A stretch of 64,000 nt of DNA, taken from Escherichia coli (GTDB lineage Bacteria; Pseudomonadota; Gammaproteobacteria; Enterobacterales; Enterobacteriaceae). Below, in pieces: positions 42,353-53,743 of the stretch. The first letter of the stretch is position 1, and every line of letters begins with the position of its first letter. The stretch is taken from assembly GCF_022493755.1 (NCBI RefSeq), contig NZ_CP028767.1; one strand, written 5' to 3'. The notes beneath the pieces are model-generated. The model saw nothing but the letters and a program-made list of their open reading frames with translations. It searched no databases and was not told the origin of the DNA. The position numbers were made by a program, and so were the translations under genes.

Positions 42353-43621
42353 ATGTATGATTTTGTGATTATTGGCGGTGGCATCATCGGCATGTCGACC
42401 GCCATGCAACTGATTGATGTCTACCCGGACGCCCGCATTGCGTTGCTGGAAAAAGAGTCCGGCCCGGCCTGTCACCAGACGGGCCACAACAGCGGCGTGA
42501 TCCATGCCGGGGTTTATTACACGCCCGGCAGTCTGAAGGCGCAGTTTTGCCTGGCGGGAAACCGCGCCACCAAAGCCTTTTGCGATCAAAACGGCATTCG
42601 CTACGACAACTGCGGCAAGATGCTGGTCGCCACCTCTGAACTCGAAATGGAACGGATGCGCGCGTTGTGGGAACGCACGGCGGCAAACGGTATCGAACGC
42701 GAGTGGCTAAACGCCGACGAACTGCGCGAGCGCGAACCGAATATCACCGGGCTTGGCGGCATTTTTGTGCCGTCCAGCGGCATTGTCAGCTACCGCGAAG
42801 TGACAGCGGCGATGGCAAAAATTTTCCAGGCCAGAGGCGGTGAGATTATCTATAACGTCGAAGTCAGCGGCCTCAGTGAGCATAAAAACGGCGTGGTGAT
42901 ACGTACCCGCCAGGGCGGCGAATATGAAGCATCGACGCTGATTAGCTGTTCCGGGCTGATGGCTGACCGGCTGGTGAAAATGCTCGGACTCGAACCGGGC
43001 TTTATCATCTGCCCGTTCCGTGGTGAGTATTTCCGCCTTGCGCCGGAGCATAACCAGATTGTTAACCACCTGATTTACCCCATTCCCGACCCCGCGATGC
43101 CATTTTTGGGCGTGCATCTCACCCGCATGATCGATGGCAGCGTGACCGTCGGGCCAAACGCGGTGCTGGCTTTCAAACGTGAAGGCTATCGCAAGCGCGA
43201 CTTCTCATTTAGCGACACGCTGGAGATTTTGAGCTCGTCGGGGATTCGCCGGGTGCTGCAAAACCATCTACGCTCAGGACTGGGCGAGATGAAAAACTCG
43301 CTGTGCAAAAGCGGCTATCTGCGGCTGGTGCAAAAGTATTGTCCCCGGCTTTCGTTAAGCGATCTCCAGCCCTGGCCCGCCGGTGTGCGGGCGCAGGCGG
43401 TATCGCCGGACGGCAAGCTGATTGACGATTTTCTGTTTGTCACCACCCCGCGCACGATCCACACCTGCAATGCGCCCTCCCCGGCAGCGACATCAGCAAT
43501 TCCTATTGGTGCGCATATTGTCAGCAAGGTACAAACGCTGTTGGCAAGCCAGAGTAACCCCGGACGCACGCTGCGAGCGGCACGTAGTGTGGATGCCTTA
43601 CACGCCGCATTTAATCAATAA
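42353..43621 (+). CDS. lhgO: L-2-hydroxyglutarate oxidase
   Basis: 422 aa, FAD-binding GGGIIG N-terminus. Confidence 0.9.
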   Translation: MYDFVIIGGGIIGMSTAMQLIDVYPDARIALLEKESGPACHQTGHNSGVIHAGVYYTPGSLKAQFCLAGNRATKAFCDQNGIRYDNCGKMLVATSELEMERMRALWERTAANGIEREWLNADELREREPNITGLGGIFVPSSGIVSYREVTAAMAKIFQARGGEIIYNVEVSGLSEHKNGVVIRTRQGGEYEASTLISCSGLMADRLVKMLGLEPGFIICPFRGEYFRLAPEHNQIVNHLIYPIPDPAMPFLGVHLTRMIDGSVTVGPNAVLAFKREGYRKRDFSFSDTLEILSSSGIRRVLQNHLRSGLGEMKNSLCKSGYLRLVQKYCPRLSLSDLQPWPAGVRAQAVSPDGKLIDDFLFVTTPRTIHTCNAPSPAATSAIPIGAHIVSKVQTLLASQSNPGRTLRAARSVDALHAAFNQ

Positions 43622-43643
43622 CCTTTGAAAACAGGACGTAACA

Positions 43644-45092
43644 ATGAAACTTAACGACAGTAACTTATTCCGCCAGCAGGCGTTGATTAACGGGGAATGG
43701 CTGGACGCCAACAATGGCGAGGTCATCGACGTCACCAATCCGGCGAACGGCGACAAGCTGGGTAGCGTACCCAAAATGGGCGCTGATGAAACCCGCGCCG
43801 CTATCGACGCCGCCAACCGCGCTCTGCCCGCCTGGCGTGCGCTCACCGCCAAAGAACGCGCCAACATTCTGCGCAACTGGTTCAATTTGATGATGGAGCA
43901 TCAGGACGATTTAGCGCGTCTGATGACCCTCGAACAGGGTAAACCGCTGGCTGAAGCGAAAGGTGAAATCAGCTACGCCGCCTCCTTTATTGAGTGGTTT
44001 GCTGAAGAAGGCAAACGCATTTATGGCGACACCATTCCCGGTCATCAGGCCGATAAACGCCTGATTGTTATCAAGCAGCCGATTGGCGTTACCGCCGCCA
44101 TCACGCCGTGGAACTTCCCGGCGGCGATGATTACCCGTAAAGCCGGTCCGGCGCTGGCGGCAGGCTGCACGATGGTGCTGAAACCCGCCAGTCAGACGCC
44201 GTTCTCTGCGCTGGCGCTGGCGGAGCTGGCGATTCGCGCGGGCATTCCGGCTGGGGTATTTAACGTGGTCACCGGTTCGGCGGGCGCAGTCGGTAACGAA
44301 CTGACCAGCAACCCGCTGGTGCGCAAACTGTCGTTTACCGGTTCGACCGAAATTGGCCGCCAGTTAATGGAACAATGCGCGAAAGACATCAAAAAAGTGT
44401 CGCTGGAGCTCGGCGGCAACGCGCCGTTTATCGTCTTTGACGATGCCGACCTCGACAAAGCCGTGGAAGGCGCGCTGGCCTCGAAATTCCGCAACGCCGG
44501 GCAAACCTGCGTCTGCGCCAACCGTTTATACGTGCAGGACGGCGTGTATGACCGCTTTGCCGAAAAATTGCAGCAGGCGGTGAGCAAACTGCACATCGGC
44601 GACGGGCTGGATAAAGGCGTCACCATCGGGCCGCTGATCGATGAAAAAGCAGTAGCAAAAGTGGAAGAGCATATTGCCGATGCGCTGGAGAAAGGCGCGC
44701 GCGTGGTTTGCGGCGGTAAAGCACACGAACGTGGCGGCAACTTCTTCCAGCCGACCATTCTGGTGGACGTTCCGGCCAACGCTAAAGTGTCGAAAGAAGA
44801 GACGTTCGGCCCCCTCGCCCCGCTGTTCCGTTTTAAAGATGAAGCCGATGTGATCGCGCAAGCCAATGACACCGAATTTGGTCTTGCCGCCTATTTCTAC
44901 GCCCGTGATTTAAGCCGCGTCTTCCGCGTGGGCGAAGCGCTGGAGTACGGCATCGTCGGCATCAATACCGGGATTATTTCCAATGAAGTGGCCCCGTTCG
45001 GCGGCATCAAAGCCTCGGGTCTGGGTCGTGAAGGTTCGAAGTATGGCATCGAAGATTACTTAGAAATCAAATATATGTGCATCGGTCTTTAA
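43644..45092 (+). CDS. gabD: Succinate-semialdehyde dehydrogenase (NADP+)
   Basis: 482 aa aldehyde dehydrogenase. Confidence 0.95.
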   Translation: MKLNDSNLFRQQALINGEWLDANNGEVIDVTNPANGDKLGSVPKMGADETRAAIDAANRALPAWRALTAKERANILRNWFNLMMEHQDDLARLMTLEQGKPLAEAKGEISYAASFIEWFAEEGKRIYGDTIPGHQADKRLIVIKQPIGVTAAITPWNFPAAMITRKAGPALAAGCTMVLKPASQTPFSALALAELAIRAGIPAGVFNVVTGSAGAVGNELTSNPLVRKLSFTGSTEIGRQLMEQCAKDIKKVSLELGGNAPFIVFDDADLDKAVEGALASKFRNAGQTCVCANRLYVQDGVYDRFAEKLQQAVSKLHIGDGLDKGVTIGPLIDEKAVAKVEEHIADALEKGARVVCGGKAHERGGNFFQPTILVDVPANAKVSKEETFGPLAPLFRFKDEADVIAQANDTEFGLAAYFYARDLSRVFRVGEALEYGIVGINTGIISNEVAPFGGIKASGLGREGSKYGIEDYLEIKYMCIGL

Positions 45093-45105
45093 CTGGAGAA
45101 CGCGA

Positions 45106-46386
45106 ATGAGCAGCAATAAAGAGTTAATGCAGCGCCGCAGTCAGGCAGTTCCTCGTGGCGTTGGGCAAATTCACCCGATTTTCGCTGACCGCGCGGAAAA
45201 CTGCCGGGTGTGGGACGTTGAAGGCCGTGAGTATCTTGATTTCGCGGGCGGGATTGCGGTGCTCAATACCGGGCACCTGCATCCGAAGGTGGTTGCGGCG
45301 GTGGAAGCGCAGTTGAAAAAACTGTCGCACACCTGCTTCCAGGTGCTGGCCTACGAGCCGTATCTAGAGCTGTGCGAGATTATGAATCAGAAGGTGCCAG
45401 GCGATTTCGCCAAGAAAACGCTGCTGGTTACGACCGGTTCCGAAGCGGTGGAAAACGCGGTGAAAATCGCCCGCGCCGCCACAAAACGTAGCGGCACCAT
45501 CGCTTTTAGCGGCGCGTACCACGGGCGCACGCATTACACGCTGGCGCTGACCGGCAAGGTGAATCCGTACTCTGCGGGCATGGGGCTGATGCCTGGGCAC
45601 GTTTATCGCGCGCTTTATCCTTGCCCGCTGCACGGCATCAGTGAAGATGACGCTATCGCCAGCATTCACCGAATTTTTAAAAATGACGCTGCGCCGGAAG
45701 ATATCGCCGCCATCGTGATTGAACCGGTTCAGGGCGAAGGCGGTTTCTACGCCGCTACGCCTGCTTTTATGCAGCGTTTACGCGCGCTGTGTGACGAGCA
45801 CGGGATCATGCTGATTGCCGATGAAGTGCAGAGCGGCGCGGGGCGTACCGGCACGCTGTTTGCGATGGAGCAGATGGGCGTTGCGCCGGATCTCACCACC
45901 TTTGCGAAATCCATCGCGGGCGGCTTCCCGCTGGCGGGTGTCACCGGGCGCGCGGAAGTGATGGATGCCGTCGCTCCAGGCGGGCTGGGCGGCACCTATG
46001 CCGGTAACCCGATTGCCTGCGTGGCGGCGCTGGAAGTGTTGAAGGTGTTCGAGCAGGAAAATCTGCTGCAAAAAGCCAACGATCTGGGGCAGAAGCTGAA
46101 AGATGGACTGCTGGCGATTGCCGAAAAACACCCGGAGATCGGCGACGTACGCGGGCTGGGAGCGATGATCGCCATCGAGCTGTTTGAAGATGGCGATCAC
46201 AGCAAACCGGACGCAAAACTCACCGCCGGGATCGTGGCGCGCGCCCGCGATAAAGGCCTGATTCTTCTCTCCTGCGGCCCGTATTACAACGTGCTGCGCA
46301 TCCTTGTACCGCTCACCATTGAAGACGCTCAGATCCGTCAGGGTCTGGAGATCATCAACCAGTGTTTTGCTGAGGCGAAGCAGTAG
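45106..46386 (+). CDS. gabT: 4-aminobutyrate aminotransferase
   Basis: 426 aa class III aminotransferase. Confidence 0.95.
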   Translation: MSSNKELMQRRSQAVPRGVGQIHPIFADRAENCRVWDVEGREYLDFAGGIAVLNTGHLHPKVVAAVEAQLKKLSHTCFQVLAYEPYLELCEIMNQKVPGDFAKKTLLVTTGSEAVENAVKIARAATKRSGTIAFSGAYHGRTHYTLALTGKVNPYSAGMGLMPGHVYRALYPCPLHGISEDDAIASIHRIFKNDAAPEDIAAIVIEPVQGEGGFYAATPAFMQRLRALCDEHGIMLIADEVQSGAGRTGTLFAMEQMGVAPDLTTFAKSIAGGFPLAGVTGRAEVMDAVAPGGLGGTYAGNPIACVAALEVLKVFEQENLLQKANDLGQKLKDGLLAIAEKHPEIGDVRGLGAMIAIELFEDGDHSKPDAKLTAGIVARARDKGLILLSCGPYYNVLRILVPLTIEDAQIRQGLEIINQCFAEAKQ

Positions 46387-46394
46387 CACCGCAC

Positions 46395-46550
46395 CATGCC
46401 GGAGGCGACGCTGCGCGTCTTGTCCGGCCTACGGTGATCCAGGTCGGATAAGGCGTTTACGCCGCATCCGACAATCTGTACGTGAACAGGAATAAATCTA
46501 TGTCGGCCGGATAAGGCGGAGCCGCTCTCCGGCAAAAAGAATCAATAACA
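46395..46550. repeat. REP/BIME palindromic repeats
   Basis: GCCGGATAAGGCG / CGCCGCATCCGAC units between gabT and gabP. Confidence 0.5.
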
Positions 46551-46622
46551 ATTAAACGCGTGACCCGACGCGGGAAATGTCGGGGCGCTCTCCCAAGTGA
46601 CACACTTTCGAGAGGATTCAGG

Positions 46623-48023
46623 ATGGGGCAATCATCGCAACCACATGAGTTAGGCGGCGGGCTGAAATCACGCCACGTCACCATGTTGTCTATTGCCGGT
46701 GTTATCGGCGCAAGTCTGTTTGTCGGTTCAAGCGTCGCCATCGCCGAAGCGGGCCCGGCGGTATTACTGGCCTATCTGTTCGCCGGATTACTGGTGGTTA
46801 TGATTATGCGGATGTTGGCGGAAATGGCAGTTGCCACGCCCGATACCGGTTCGTTTTCCACCTATGCCGACAAGGCAATTGGCCGCTGGGCGGGTTATAC
46901 CATCGGCTGGCTGTACTGGTGGTTTTGGGTACTGGTTATCCCGCTGGAAGCCAACATCGCCGCTATGATCCTGCACTCGTGGGTTCCAGGCATTCCCATC
47001 TGGTTATTTTCCCTCGTCATTACCCTCGCCTTAACTGGCAGTAATTTATTAAGCGTTAAAAACTACGGCGAATTTGAGTTCTGGCTGGCGCTGTGCAAAG
47101 TCATCGCTATCCTGGCCTTTATTTTCCTTGGTGCAGTCGCAATTAGCGGTTTTTACCCTTATGCCGAAGTGAGCGGGATCTCAAGATTGTGGGATAGCGG
47201 CGGCTTTATGCCCAACGGTTTCGGTGCGGTATTAAGCGCGATGTTGATCACCATGTTCTCGTTTATGGGCGCAGAAATTGTCACCATTGCCGCCGCGGAA
47301 TCCGACACGCCGGAAAAACATATTGTCCGCGCCACCAACTCGGTTATCTGGCGTATTTCTATCTTCTATTTGTGCTCTATTTTTGTCGTAGTGGCGTTAA
47401 TACCGTGGAATATGCCGGGGCTGAAAGCCGTTGGTTCTTATCGCTCGGTACTGGAATTGCTCAATATTCCCCATGCGAAATTAATCATGGACTGCGTGAT
47501 ATTACTTTCCGTAACCAGTTGCCTGAACTCGGCGCTGTATACCGCCTCAAGGATGCTCTACTCCTTAAGCCGTCGCGGAGATGCGCCTGCGGTAATGGGT
47601 AAAATCAACCGCAGTAAAACCCCGTACGTGGCGGTGTTACTCTCCACCGGCGCGGCATTCTTAACGGTGGTGGTGAACTATTACGCGCCTGCGAAGGTAT
47701 TTAAATTTCTGATCGACAGCTCCGGCGCTATCGCCCTGCTGGTTTATTTAGTCATCGCCGTTTCACAGTTGCGGATGCGCAAAATTCTGCGAGCAGAAGG
47801 AAGCGAAATTCGCTTGCGAATGTGGCTTTATCCGTGGCTCACCTGGCTGGTCATCGGCTTTATTACCTTTGTGTTGGTAGTGATGCTATTCCGTCCGGCG
47901 CAACAGTTAGAAGTGATCTCCACCGGCTTATTAGCGATAGGGATTATCTGTACCGTGCCGATTATGGCGCGCTGGAAAAAGCTGGTATTGTGGCAAAAAA
48001 CACCCGTTCATAATACGCGCTGA
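46623..48023 (+). CDS. gabP: GABA permease
   Basis: Start at MGQSSQPHELGGG (466 aa), APC-family transporter. Confidence 0.9.
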   Translation: MGQSSQPHELGGGLKSRHVTMLSIAGVIGASLFVGSSVAIAEAGPAVLLAYLFAGLLVVMIMRMLAEMAVATPDTGSFSTYADKAIGRWAGYTIGWLYWWFWVLVIPLEANIAAMILHSWVPGIPIWLFSLVITLALTGSNLLSVKNYGEFEFWLALCKVIAILAFIFLGAVAISGFYPYAEVSGISRLWDSGGFMPNGFGAVLSAMLITMFSFMGAEIVTIAAAESDTPEKHIVRATNSVIWRISIFYLCSIFVVVALIPWNMPGLKAVGSYRSVLELLNIPHAKLIMDCVILLSVTSCLNSALYTASRMLYSLSRRGDAPAVMGKINRSKTPYVAVLLSTGAAFLTVVVNYYAPAKVFKFLIDSSGAIALLVYLVIAVSQLRMRKILRAEGSEIRLRMWLYPWLTWLVIGFITFVLVVMLFRPAQQLEVISTGLLAIGIICTVPIMARWKKLVLWQKTPVHNTR

Positions 48024-48043
48024 TAATGATCAGGAGTCACACC

Positions 48044-48706
48044 ATGACCATTACGTCTCTGGATGGCTATCGCTGGCTGAAGAACGATATTATTCGCGGT
48101 AATTTTCAACCGGATGAAAAATTACGAATGAGTTTGCTGACATCGCGTTATGCACTTGGCGTTGGGCCGTTACGGGAAGCTCTTTCGCAACTGGTGGCGG
48201 AACGGCTGGTCACGGTGGTGAATCAAAAAGGGTATCGGGTGGCGTCTATGTCAGAGCAGGAGCTGCTCGATATTTTCGACGCCCGCGCCAATATGGAAGC
48301 GATGCTGGTCAGTCTGGCGATTGCCCGCGGTGGCGATGAATGGGAGGCAGACGTTCTCGCAAAAGCGCATCTGCTGAGTAAGCTGGAAGCCTGTGACGCC
48401 AGCGAGAAAATGCTTGATGAGTGGGATCTGCGTCATCAGGCGTTTCATACAGCAATTGTGGCGGGCTGTGGTTCTCACTATTTGCTGCAAATGCGTGAAC
48501 GGTTGTTTGATCTGGCGGCGCGCTATCGATTTATCTGGCTGCGGCGAACGGTGCTTTCGGTAGAAATGCTGGAGGATAAACACGATCAGCACCAGACCCT
48601 GACTGCGGCGGTACTGGCGCGAGATACCGCGCGCGCCAGTGAGTTAATGCGCCAGCATTTACTGACGCCAATTCCCATTATCCAGCAGGCGATGGCTGGC
48701 AATTAA
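48044..48706 (+). CDS. csiR: GntR-family repressor CsiR
   Basis: Start at MTITSLDGYRWL (220 aa). Confidence 0.9.
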   Translation: MTITSLDGYRWLKNDIIRGNFQPDEKLRMSLLTSRYALGVGPLREALSQLVAERLVTVVNQKGYRVASMSEQELLDIFDARANMEAMLVSLAIARGGDEWEADVLAKAHLLSKLEACDASEKMLDEWDLRHQAFHTAIVAGCGSHYLLQMRERLFDLAARYRFIWLRRTVLSVEMLEDKHDQHQTLTAAVLARDTARASELMRQHLLTPIPIIQQAMAGN

Positions 48707-49156
48707 CTACTCTTCCGGAATACGCAACACTTGCCCCGGATAAATTTTATCCGGGCTTTTTAGCATCGGTTTATTCGCTTCGAAGATTTTATTGTACAGA
48801 TTAGCGTTACCGTAGACCTGTTTGGAAATGGCACTCAGAGTGTCGCCAGACTTAACGGTATAAAACTGGCTGGCAGTGGCTGGTGTCGCCGTTTTCACCT
48901 GATCATCGACACTGGCAATACCGGAAATATTCCCAACCGCAACAAGGATTTTCTCCTTCGCCTCCTGACTCAGGCCGTCACCAGTGACCGTCGCTTTGCC
49001 GTCGGCAATTTGAATGTTCACTTTATCGGCATCAGGTATACCGGTTTTGCTCAGATGCTCCTGCACCTTCTTCGCCTGATCGTCTTTATCGTGCTGACCT
49101 GTAACCGCGTCCCAGAGTTTTTCTCCGGCATCTTTCACAAAATTGAACAGACCCAT
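48707..49156 (-). CDS. ygaU: LysM/BON-domain protein YgaU (Kbp)
   Basis: Start at [15 protein letters not shown]; C-terminal LysM. Confidence 0.85.
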   Translation of the reverse strand: MGLFNFVKDAGEKLWDAVTGQHDKDDQAKKVQEHLSKTGIPDADKVNIQIADGKATVTGDGLSQEAKEKILVAVGNISGIASVDDQVKTATPATASQFYTVKSGDTLSAISKQVYGNANLYNKIFEANKPMLKSPDKIYPGQVLRIPEE

Positions 49157-49238
49157 AGCTACCTCATTCGTTAACGGAAACACTCAGAAAGTGTAGCAGA
49201 GGAACGCGGCGCGTTAACGCCGCGGGGGTGAGCACAGG

Positions 49239-49397
49239 TTTAATCGCGGGTTTGCACCCAGAACGCGTGAATCAAACCGGGGATATACCCAAGCAGTGTC
49301 AGCAGAATATTAATAATGAACGCCCAACCGAACCCTTTACCGAGCAGCACGCCGAGCGGCGGCAGAATGATGGTGATGACGATTCTCCAGAAACCCA
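49239..49397 (-). CDS. yqaE: Small membrane protein YqaE (Pmp3 family)
   Basis: 52-aa ORF MGFWRIVITIILPPLGVLLGKGFGW..., below the ORF-track size cutoff. Confidence 0.7.
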
Positions 49398-49580
49398 TAT
49401 GTACTCCCTATAAGAAAATTACTCATTGTTTAAAAAGAGATTTTATCTCTTAAGCGTAGTAATTTTAGCGGAGCCTGCCAGTTTCAGCTTACGCTTTTAC
49501 TCTCATTTACGCTGCTGAGGCTGGTATATGTTGCATTTTTAGTTTAGAGTTTACTTAATTTAGAAAATACTTAAATAAAT

Positions 49581-49880
49581 ATGACTGAACTCGCGCAATT
49601 ACAGGCCAGTGCCGAACAGGCAGCGGCCTTATTGAAAGCAATGAGCCATCCTAAACGATTGCTGATTCTGTGCATGCTTAGCGGTTCCCCCGGCACCAGC
49701 GCGGGAGAGCTGACGCGCATTACCGGACTGAGTGCCTCTGCGACATCACAGCATCTCGCTCGTATGCGGGACGAAGGGCTTATCGACAGCCAACGGGATG
49801 CCCAACGCATTCTATATTCCATTAAAAATGAGGCGGTAAATGCCATTATCGCCACCCTGAAAAATGTCTATTGTCCGTAA
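49581..49880 (+). CDS. ygaV: ArsR-family transcriptional regulator
   Basis: 99 aa HTH protein upstream of ygaP. Confidence 0.85.
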   Translation: MTELAQLQASAEQAAALLKAMSHPKRLLILCMLSGSPGTSAGELTRITGLSASATSQHLARMRDEGLIDSQRDAQRILYSIKNEAVNAIIATLKNVYCP

Positions 49881-49889
49881 GGAGTCACT

Positions 49890-50414
49890 ATGGCTTTGAC
49901 AACCATTTCGCCGCATGATGCACAAGAATTAATCGCACGCGGCGCAAAGTTAATCGATATTCGTGACGCTGATGAATATCTTCGTGAACATATTCCTGAA
50001 GCAGATCTGGCTCCATTATCCGTGCTGGAACAGTCAGGTCTTCCACCTAAATTACGTCGCGAGCAAATTATATTCCACTGCCAGGCAGGTAAACGCACCA
50101 GTAATAACGCCGATAAATTAGCAGCGATTGCCGCCCCCGCAGAAATATTTTTACTCGAAGATGGGATTGATGGCTGGAAAAGAGCTGGATTGCCAGTAGC
50201 GGTAAATAAATCTCAACCCTTGCCGTTAATGCGCCAGGTGCAGATCGCTGCGGGTGGTTTAATATTAATCGGCGTTGTACTGGGTTATACCGTAAATAGC
50301 GGTTTCTTCTTATTAAGTGGCTTTGTTGGTGCCGGGTTACTGTTTGCAGGAATCAGCGGTTTTTGTGGAATGGCAAGGTTGTTAGATAAGATGCCGTGGA
50401 ACCAACGAACTTGA
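49890..50414 (+). CDS. ygaP: Membrane-anchored rhodanese
   Basis: 174 aa, rhodanese Cys motif CQAGKR, C-terminal TM segment. Confidence 0.85.
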   Translation: MALTTISPHDAQELIARGAKLIDIRDADEYLREHIPEADLAPLSVLEQSGLPPKLRREQIIFHCQAGKRTSNNADKLAAIAAPAEIFLLEDGIDGWKRAGLPVAVNKSQPLPLMRQVQIAAGGLILIGVVLGYTVNSGFFLLSGFVGAGLLFAGISGFCGMARLLDKMPWNQRT

Positions 50415-50417
50415 GAA

Positions 50418-50455
50418 GCGACGCCGGACGCGCCCTAGCAGCGACATCCGGCCTC
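50418..50455. repeat. REP-like palindromic element
   Basis: GCCGGACGCG...CATCCGGCC between ygaP and stpA. Confidence 0.4.
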
Positions 50456-50460
50456 AGTAA

Positions 50461-50865
50461 TTAGATCAGGAAATCGTCGAGAGATTTACCTTCTGCCAGC
50501 GCCTGAGCAATTGGCTTCGGTGTACGGCCCTGACCGGTCCAGGTTTTAGTTTCACCGTTAACATCGGTGAATTTATATTTCGCCGGACGCGGCTGGCGTT
50601 TTTTACCAGCGCGTGGTGCAGCAGCAGAGCTATTACCTAATAACTCTTCCGGGTTAATTCCGTCAGCCTTCATCAGCTCCAGCCAGGTGCTAATTTTTTC
50701 CTGACGCTCAGCCAGTTCACGCTGCTGCTGTTCTTCTTCTTCACGTCTTTCTTTAGTGACAACCCTGAATTTTTCGAGCATTTCTTCAAGAACGTCAATG
50801 GAGAATTCGCGAGCCATCGCACGGAGAGTGCGAATGTTATTTAAACTTTGTAACATTACGGACAT
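50461..50865 (-). CDS. stpA: H-NS paralogue StpA
   Basis: 134 aa, [21 protein letters not shown]... Confidence 0.95.
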   Translation of the reverse strand: MSVMLQSLNNIRTLRAMAREFSIDVLEEMLEKFRVVTKERREEEEQQQRELAERQEKISTWLELMKADGINPEELLGNSSAAAPRAGKKRQPRPAKYKFTDVNGETKTWTGQGRTPKPIAQALAEGKSLDDFLI

Positions 50866-51532
50866 AATAAAGAAAACCTTTTAACGCCAAAACAAAAAAG
50901 TATTTCGTCGCGTAGTGTAAGCGATCACTTATTATATTTCCACAAAATTTAATCTATTTACAGTCCTGCGCGAGATTATTTCAGCTGTTATTTTCTGAAA
51001 CTCTCAGAATAATTTCAAGATTATATATTAGCCATTTTGATGAGTAATTTAGATTATTGGTGAACAGAACGGCGCTCTCTGCTCGCTAATTCCGCAAGCC
51101 TGACAAAACCGAAGTGAATAAAAATGCAATATAACAGAATAAAAGAAAACACCCCTCACTGGTGCTTTCTGCTGTTAATGTACATTTTCTGACATAAAAA
51201 ATACTGTAAATGACACGGTCACGACATACACCGAATTCTCTACGCTTATAGCGTTACCTCACCCCCAAACTTTCATTAGTGAAATTAAAGGAAATGTCAT
51301 ATCTAATTGATTTAATTGAAAATAAATCATATCGGCATGTAAAAATCCACAATGTACAAAAAACGAGCCGTTACGGAATATTTTATCTACAAAAACTGAC
51401 TAAATAAAAATTTTTCACTAATTGATTAGTCATAGCCAGCGATATACGCTATGCGAAAATGCAGATGGCAATGAGATCCACTGTTTTCATCTCCATTAAC
51501 ATCCCATTACGCTTTTATTAAGGAGCATTAGC

Positions 51533-51982
51533 ATGTTCTCACCGCAGTCACGCTTGCGTCATGCAGTTGCAGATACGTTCGCGATGGTTGTTTACTGTTC
51601 TGTCGTGAACATGTGTATTGAAGTTTTCCTCTCCGGAATGAGCTTCGAACAGTCTTTTTATTCCAGATTGGTAGCGATTCCGGTGAACATCTTAATTGCA
51701 TGGCCATACGGTATGTACCGTGATCTGTTTATGCGCGCGGCACGCAAAGTTAGCCCGTCGGGCTGGATAAAAAATCTGGCTGATATCCTGGCTTATGTGA
51801 CGTTCCAGTCACCGGTGTATGTGGCGATCTTGTTAGTGGTGGGCGCAGACTGGCATCAGATTATGGCGGCGGTCAGTTCAAACATCGTTGTTTCGATGTT
51901 GATGGGGGCGGTTTATGGCTACTTCCTCGATTATTGCCGCCGACTGTTTAAAGTCAGCCGTTACCAGCAGGTAAAAGCCTGA
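51533..51982 (+). CDS. alaE: L-alanine exporter
   Basis: 149 aa membrane protein (YgaW). Confidence 0.85.
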   Translation: MFSPQSRLRHAVADTFAMVVYCSVVNMCIEVFLSGMSFEQSFYSRLVAIPVNILIAWPYGMYRDLFMRAARKVSPSGWIKNLADILAYVTFQSPVYVAILLVVGADWHQIMAAVSSNIVVSMLMGAVYGYFLDYCRRLFKVSRYQQVKA

Positions 51983-52018
51983 CTCTTCTTTTCGCGACTG
52001 GCATCGCCAGTCGCGTCT

Positions 52019-52363
52019 TTAACTGGCTTCGCCAAATAAACCATTCAAATAACGTTCAAGCGCAACACGCGAACTGAAGCCATGCGGGATACCGTAATGC
52101 TCGTGTCGCTCGCCTGCTAAATAGAGCGGAAATTGCTGGTAATGATCGCAAGTTTTAATATCGGAAGCGGGTTCAGCCAGTGTTGAACTGCGTTCTTTTA
52201 ATGTTGGATGAATTACCAGAGCGGTACGTCCCATTCGCGCTTCGCGATTAACATAGACATAATTTTCCCCACGGCGGTAACCATACGCTTTCTGGGTTAC
52301 CACATCGACAGTAAAACCGACTTTTTCAAGTACGCGCGCCACCTCGTCTGGTCGTAAATACAT
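52019..52363 (-). CDS. ygaC: DUF2002 protein YgaC
   Basis: 114 aa in conserved position. Confidence 0.8.
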
Positions 52364-52514
52364 ATTTGATCCTCGTTATTATCAACCGCGGGCCTACCTT
52401 ACCTGATTGCGCATTCACAACGCTTTCAGAAAAGTCCATAAAGCCGCGATGAACCTCAGTTAAGAAAATTATGGTCTACACTGAAAATTACATCGAATTC
52501 TAATGGGGGATCAT

Positions 52515-52843
52515 ATGTTTAACCGACCGAACCGCAACGACGTTGATGATGGCGTGCAGGATATCCAGAATGATGTCAATCAATTAGCTGACAGCCTCGA
52601 ATCTGTATTAAAGTCCTGGGCAGCGACGCCAAAGGGGAAGCTGAAGCCGCACGCAGTAAAGCTCAGGCATTGCTGAAAGAAACCAGGGCGCGAATGCATG
52701 GTCGTACTCGCGTCCAGCAAGCCGCACGCGATGCCGTTGGCTGCGCGGATTCTTTTGTTCGTGAAAGACCCTGGTGTAGCGTGGGTACAGCAGCTGCGGT
52801 AGGTATTTTTATCGGCGCACTGTTAAGCATGCGCAAATCGTAG
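52515..52843 (+). pseudogene. ygaM: ElaB-family membrane-anchored protein YgaM, frameshifted as read
   Basis: N-terminal 35 aa in one frame, C-terminal TM tail (…GTAAAVGIFIGALLSMRKS) in the +1 frame; junction at the G-run ~52618-52620. Confidence 0.7.
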
Positions 52844-52964
52844 TGCAAAAATGATAATAAATACGCGTCTTTGACCCCGAAGCCTGTCTTCGGGGTTTCT
52901 TTTTGCCTGGTGAATCACAAAAATTCCCCTACCCCGTCACGCTCATATCCAGGGTAATTTCGAC

Positions 52965-53015
52965 CACTATTTGCTATATATTGTGTGGTTGAATCTTTTT
53001 TCAACTACATCTAGT
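52965..53015. promoter_or_regulatory. Possible NrdR-box region upstream of nrdHIEF
   Basis: ATATATTGTGTGG-type sequence ~80-120 bp upstream of nrdH. Confidence 0.3.
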
Positions 53016-53090
53016 ATCTCTGTATCAACAGAGAAACAACCCGACGCGTATCATCGCGCCGTATCTTCATTTTAAACGGAAATACGAATC

Positions 53091-53336
53091 ATGCGCATTA
53101 CTATTTACACTCGTAACGATTGCGTTCAGTGCCACGCCACCAAACGGGCGATGGAAAACCGGGGCTTTGATTTTGAAATGATTAATGTCGATCGCGTTCC
53201 TGAAGCGGCGGAAGCGCTGCGTGCTCAGGGCTTTCGTCAGTTGCCGGTAGTGATTGCTGGCGATCTTAGCTGGTCTGGTTTCCGCCCGGACATGATCAAT
53301 CGTCTGCATCCAGCGCCACACGCGGCCAGTGCATGA
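53091..53336 (+). CDS. nrdH: Glutaredoxin-like protein NrdH
   Basis: 81 aa, CVQC active site. Confidence 0.95.
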
Positions 53337-53743
53337 GCCAGCTCGTCTACTTTTCCAGTAGCTCCGAAAATACGCAGCGTTTTATCGAACGTTTAGGACT
53401 GCCCGCGGTGCGCATCCCGCTCAATGAGCGGGAACGGATTCAGGTAGACGAGCCTTACATCCTGATCGTGCCCTCTTACGGCGGCGGCGGTACGGCTGGC
53501 GCGGTGCCACGACAGGTAATTCGCTTTTTAAACGACGAGCACAACCGGGCGTTGCTTCGCGGCGTTATTGCTTCGGGTAATCGCAACTTTGGTGAGGCGT
53601 ATGGCCGCGCCGGAGATGTGATTGCCCGGAAATGCGGCGTGCCGTGGCTGTACCGTTTTGAACTCATGGGTACGCAAAGCGATATCGAAAACGTTCGTAA
53701 AGGAGTAACCGAATTTTGGCAACGACAACCGCAGAATGCCTGA
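53333..53743 (+). CDS. nrdI: Flavodoxin-like protein NrdI
   Basis: 136 aa. Confidence 0.95.

Noticed and set aside
49228-49413. 61-aa plus-strand ORF
   Set aside because: Antisense shadow of yqaE, which is encoded on the minus strand.
52663-52848. 61-aa minus-strand ORF
   Set aside because: Antisense shadow of the ygaM C-terminal region.
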